In this document: positions 60,520-64,000 of the stretch, in pieces | How the letters are laid out: the number at the start of each line of letters is the position of its first letter | How positions within the stretch are numbered: the stretch's first letter is position 1 | Assembly: GCA_965113315.1 (NCBI GenBank) | Contig: OZ220365.1 | Length of the DNA: 64,000 nt | DNA from: Podarcis vaucheri | Lineage: Eukaryota | Reading direction: 5' to 3' (one strand) | Notes under the pieces: generated by a model | Database searches by the model: none | Told to the model about the DNA's origin: nothing | The model's input: the letters and a program-made list of their open reading frames with translations, nothing else | Position numbers and translations under genes: made by a program

Positions 60520-63500
60520 TCAGGATTCAGTGAGCTCTAAGCTTAGCTGTGGACTCTCACTGATGGTGTAGTCTTGATTATTTACATCTTTCTCTGTGTA
60601 TGTCTCCACGAATCCTGTTGATTGGCTGTGGTCATCTTTGTTTTTCACAGGTGTTTGTTGTTCTATAAACTGCTGTTGGATCTGAACAGTCTGCCCAGCT
60701 TCTACATCCGTCAGCCTTGGTTGGGCCACTTCAAGTGACTCTTTGGGTAGATCTCCTGGGGCAGTATCTTCTACTGCTGGTCTCTGAATCTCTGTTGGAG
60801 TGGCTATATCCCCTGCAGAATGCAGCTTTGGTTCACCATTTTCTTTCTGGAAATCTGTCTCTTGCTTAATTTCTTTCACAATTTCATTCAGAGATTGAGG
60901 GTCTTGTGCTAGTGTTGTCACAGTGCCTGATCGTTCATCTGGCTGCAACATCAGTTTCATTTTAGCGTCTTCAGATTTATCAGATGCAAAAGGCATTTCT
61001 TCTGCCACTTTGAAGGCCTCTTGATTCTCTGCAGATTGAGTTAAAATTATAGTTGATGGCTGGATCTCTAGATTTCTCTCTCCTCTGCCTTTTACAGGAA
61101 GAATCTGACCAGTCTGCAAACTTTCCTGAAATTCAGATTTATTTACACTCTTTAGAAATGGCTCACTCTGTTGCTTTGACACAGATGGCAACTCTTCTGT
61201 TTCCTCCAATGTATCAACAGCATTCTGGATGATTTTCAGCACAATTTTTGTACTCTGTGACTCTATAGTCACCGATTGAACCACATCTTTTTGAAATTCT
61301 ATATGAGTTAAAGAGGGGCTTCTTTCTGGAGGTGTCTTTTTTTCACCTTCTTGACTTGATTCTAATCTCTGAAGCTTCATTTCTGGGCTGGAATCCAATA
61401 CAGACTTCTGGATCAAATCATCTTTGGTGCATGTTACTGCTGCTAAAACTGCCTCCTCTACTACTGAATTTGCTTTCCCAGACCATGACACTGTATCCTT
61501 ATCAGGACCTAGAGCCCCAAGTCCTGGTTGAGCAAAGCTCACCTGCTGGACTGTTTTGAACGTGGTTTCTTTTGGCTCCTCTAGGACAGACTGCAGGTTT
61601 TCAGTTAATGTTTCCGTAACTGTGACATTCTCTGCAATAACTTGTTCTTCAGCTGTTGCAGCTGTTACTGTTACAGAGGATTTATGAACTCCATAACTTT
61701 GTACTTCAGGAATGTCAGTGGTGATAACCTCCTTCTGCTCAGTGAACATTTCTTGCTGCACTGGAGCTGCACCAAGTGCATCAGCATCAGCAAGTTTAAT
61801 TTTCCCTGTTGATTTTTCTGTTTCTGTTACTAGCACCTTCTCCGACAATGCTTGCCTTCTCTCAGAGCTATCTGAAATTGTGGCAGATTGTGGAAGCGGA
61901 AGGACTGTTTCCAGGGGCAATTTACGAGGACACACTTCACTCTGTACACAAACGCCATTTATACCTGCTTCACTGCCTTCTGTGACAGAACGCTCTCCTT
62001 TCTTTTCCGAGATGACATCTGATAAAGCACCAGAGTCAGAGATGAGGGTGTCTCCAACTTTGGTCTTTACTGCTTCAGTTGCTACAGTTCCTGTGAATTT
62101 CTCTTCAGTTGTTAGCTCTATGTTTTCAACCTCTTTTTTCACAGAATCCACAGTTGCCTCACTTTTCACAGTGCTGTCCTCTATTGACTCAGCCTCAGTG
62201 TGTTTTGACCCCAAAGTAAGTGCATCTTCCTTTTCATTCTGCACAGATCCTTCAGTTGCAGTTACAAGTGTGACATCCTTCAGTTCATTACTTTCTGGAA
62301 CGTCAACCGCAATTCCTTCTGTGCCTTCCAATTTCAAGGTATGGCTGGCGTCTGCTGCATCCTTCTGGATGACATCCACTGCATTTTGATCAGGTGTGGA
62401 GACTTCAACTAGTCCCCTTTCCACAGATCTCTCAGCTACAGCTTGCTCTGTTGATGTTTTTACTAGGGGAGAGTCATCTTTTACTTCGTTCTTTGAAAGC
62501 TCCTCAGTAACAACTGCATCAAAACATTTTAATTCTGAGGAAAGGGAAACATCTTGCATTTCCGTCTGCTCAGGAGCTTCAGTCTTGTCACTAATTACAG
62601 AGGCTTTATCATAAATTATCTCAACGGATGTTGCTAGGGAATCTGAAGTATCTTCAACCTCAGAGTTGAAACTGACCTCATTCTCCACATTCTTCAGGAT
62701 CTCTTTTACTTCTTGCTGTTTGGTGGCAGTGGTTTCTGCTTCCATAATTTCTTCTGACTGTTCTGAAAAGACCTCCTTATGCACCTTCTCAGAAGGAAAT
62801 TTCACTTCCACTTTTGCATCCTCCTTCTCTGCAAAGACCTCCACACCAGCCTTGATGGCTGCCTTCTCTATGGGGGCTTCTGTTTTCTCTTTAAGAATAG
62901 TATCACCTTCTGCTTTTTCTACAGAGGATGCCACTTTTGCCTTCTTTGCGGAGTCCTCTGCATCCAACTTCTTTGCAGGAACCTCCACTTCACTCTTTTT
63001 CTTGGCAATCTCTACAGCAGACTCTATATCCACCTTCTCTACAGGAGTTTCCATATCCAGCTTTTCATCTGGCTGATCTGATGAGGCCACTGTTTCCGCC
63101 TTCTCTGTAGGAACCTCTGCTTGCACCTTCACATCTGGCTTCACTGTGATGGCCTCCACACAAACAGGTGCATTTGATTCTTCTGCTGCAGCTTTTGTCT
63201 TTTCTATAGGGTCCTTTTCTATAGGCTCCTCCACTTTCATTATCTCTGAGGGAGCCTCTGATTCCCCCTTGTCCGTGGAGGTCTGCACTTCCATCTGTGT
63301 TTTGGAAATCTCAACTTCCACCTTTTCTACATCTGCCTTCACATCTACTTTCTCTGTGCAGGCATCTGCCTCCAACTTTGCATGTGCCTTTTCTGTAGAG
63401 ATCTGTGCTTCTGTGTCTTTTATATGTTCCTCCACTTCTTTTTCTGAGGGGGACACTGCTTCAGCCTTTGTGGGAAGCTCCAAGTCCTCCTTTAATTCTG

Positions 63501-64000
63501 CCTTCTCTGCTTCTACCCTCTCTTCAAGGAACTTCATTTCCACCTCTTTGACATGGCCATCTGTTTCTACACTCTGCTTATGGGTCTCAGTCTCTGCATT
63601 CTGCTTGTGGACCTCCACTTCCACCTTTCTTGTGGGCAAGTCTTCTTCTACAGTCTCAGCATGGAGAGGTTCAAGTTTCTCATTTACCATAGAAATATTG
63701 GTTTCTGGTTTCTGCAGTTGGCCCTTGGGTTCCACCTTCTGTACATGGGTCTCAGTTACCAAAGAAACCTCTGTGTCTTTGTTCTGGATGCAGGCCTCAA
63801 CTACAACATTCTCTGTGCTTCCTGGTAGTAAGCCAAGTGTGGCATGTTTGGCCATACCTAGGTCACTGACTTCAGTTACTGCATTCTGCACTGGAACTTC
63901 AGTTATCTTGCTCTGGATGGGTGCCTCAAGCACAAAAACTTCAGCACAGGGAGGCTCAGCTTCTTTTATTTCTTTTTGCACAGGGGCTTTTACCTCATCT
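60520..64000 (-). CDS. AKAP12: AKAP12 (gravin/SSeCKS) large coding exon, 3' part; frame open to the window edge
   Basis: More than 1150 codons of acidic E/K/V/A/T-rich sequence. PKA-RII-binding helix IESQSTKIVLKIIQNAVDTL at about 61207-61266. C terminus ELTES* as in mammalian gravin. Syntenic tail-to-tail with ZBTB2. Confidence 0.9.
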   Translation of the reverse strand, partial: DEVKAPVQKEIKEAEPPCAEVFVLEAPIQSKITEVPVQNAVTEVSDLGMAKHATLGLLPGSTENVVVEACIQNKDTEVSLVTETHVQKVEPKGQLQKPETNISMVNEKLEPLHAETVEEDLPTRKVEVEVHKQNAETETHKQSVETDGHVKEVEMKFLEERVEAEKAELKEDLELPTKAEAVSPSEKEVEEHIKDTEAQISTEKAHAKLEADACTEKVDVKADVEKVEVEISKTQMEVQTSTDKGESEAPSEIMKVEEPIEKDPIEKTKAAAEESNAPVCVEAITVKPDVKVQAEVPTEKAETVASSDQPDEKLDMETPVEKVDIESAVEIAKKKSEVEVPAKKLDAEDSAKKAKVASSVEKAEGDTILKEKTEAPIEKAAIKAGVEVFAEKEDAKVEVKFPSEKVHKEVFSEQSEEIMEAETTATKQQEVKEILKNVENEVSFNSEVEDTSDSLATSVEIIYDKASVISDKTEAPEQTEMQDVSLSSELKCFDAVVTEELSKNEVKDDSPLVKTSTEQAVAERSVERGLVEVSTPDQNAVDVIQKDAADASHTLKLEGTEGIAVDVPESNELKDVTLVTATEGSVQNEKEDALTLGSKHTEAESIEDSTVKSEATVDSVKKEVENIELTTEEKFTGTVATEAVKTKVGDTLISDSGALSDVISEKKGERSVTEGSEAGINGVCVQSEVCPRKLPLETVLPLPQSATISDSSERRQALSEKVLVTETEKSTGKIKLADADALGAAPVQQEMFTEQKEVITTDIPEVQSYGVHKSSVTVTAATAEEQVIAENVTVTETLTENLQSVLEEPKETTFKTVQQVSFAQPGLGALGPDKDTVSWSGKANSVVEEAVLAAVTCTKDDLIQKSVLDSSPEMKLQRLESSQEGEKKTPPERSPSLTHIEFQKDVVQSVTIESQSTKIVLKIIQNAVDTLEETEELPSVSKQQSEPFLKSVNKSEFQESLQTGQILPVKGRGERNLEIQPSTIILTQSAENQEAFKVAEEMPFASDKSEDAKMKLMLQPDERSGTVTTLAQDPQSLNEIVKEIKQETDFQKENGEPKLHSAGDIATPTEIQRPAVEDTAPGDLPKESLEVAQPRLTDVEAGQTVQIQQQFIEQQTPVKNKDDHSQSTGFVETYTEKDVNNQDYTISESPQLSLELTES

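Noticed and set aside
61332-63828. Plus-strand ORFs (225 aa, 136 aa and others) opposite AKAP12
   Set aside because: Antisense shadows of the E/K-biased AKAP12 codons (S/F/T-rich).

Overview
Vertebrate genomic DNA, almost certainly a squamate reptile and probably a lacertid lizard (inferred from Sauria/Squam-type SINEs, a Bov-B fragment and lizard-type MITEs). It holds the conserved synteny block ARMT1(-), RMND1(+), ZBTB2(+), AKAP12(-, 3' part only). I rebuilt the exons by hand; all coding introns are GT-AG and in phase. The main departure from the usual single-copy arrangement is that ARMT1/DCPH1 (DUF89 damage-control phosphatase) occurs as two intact 5-exon tandem copies (441 aa at 992-7965; 440 aa at 10244-17689), each with its own CpG-island promoter. 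The copies look old: introns are highly diverged, most TE insertions differ, and exon 4 differs by about 25%. Yet exon 5 (catalytic core) differs by only about 3%, with 1 change in its last 335 nt, and there are perfectly identical patches in exons 1 and 3. This suggests exon-restricted gene conversion keeping a shared catalytic core while the N-terminal helical region diverges. The rest is ordinary intron/intergenic DNA with many SINE, LINE and MITE insertions. No prokaryotic features, RNA genes or CRISPR arrays were seen. Difference counts are manual and comparisons with human proteins are from memory.
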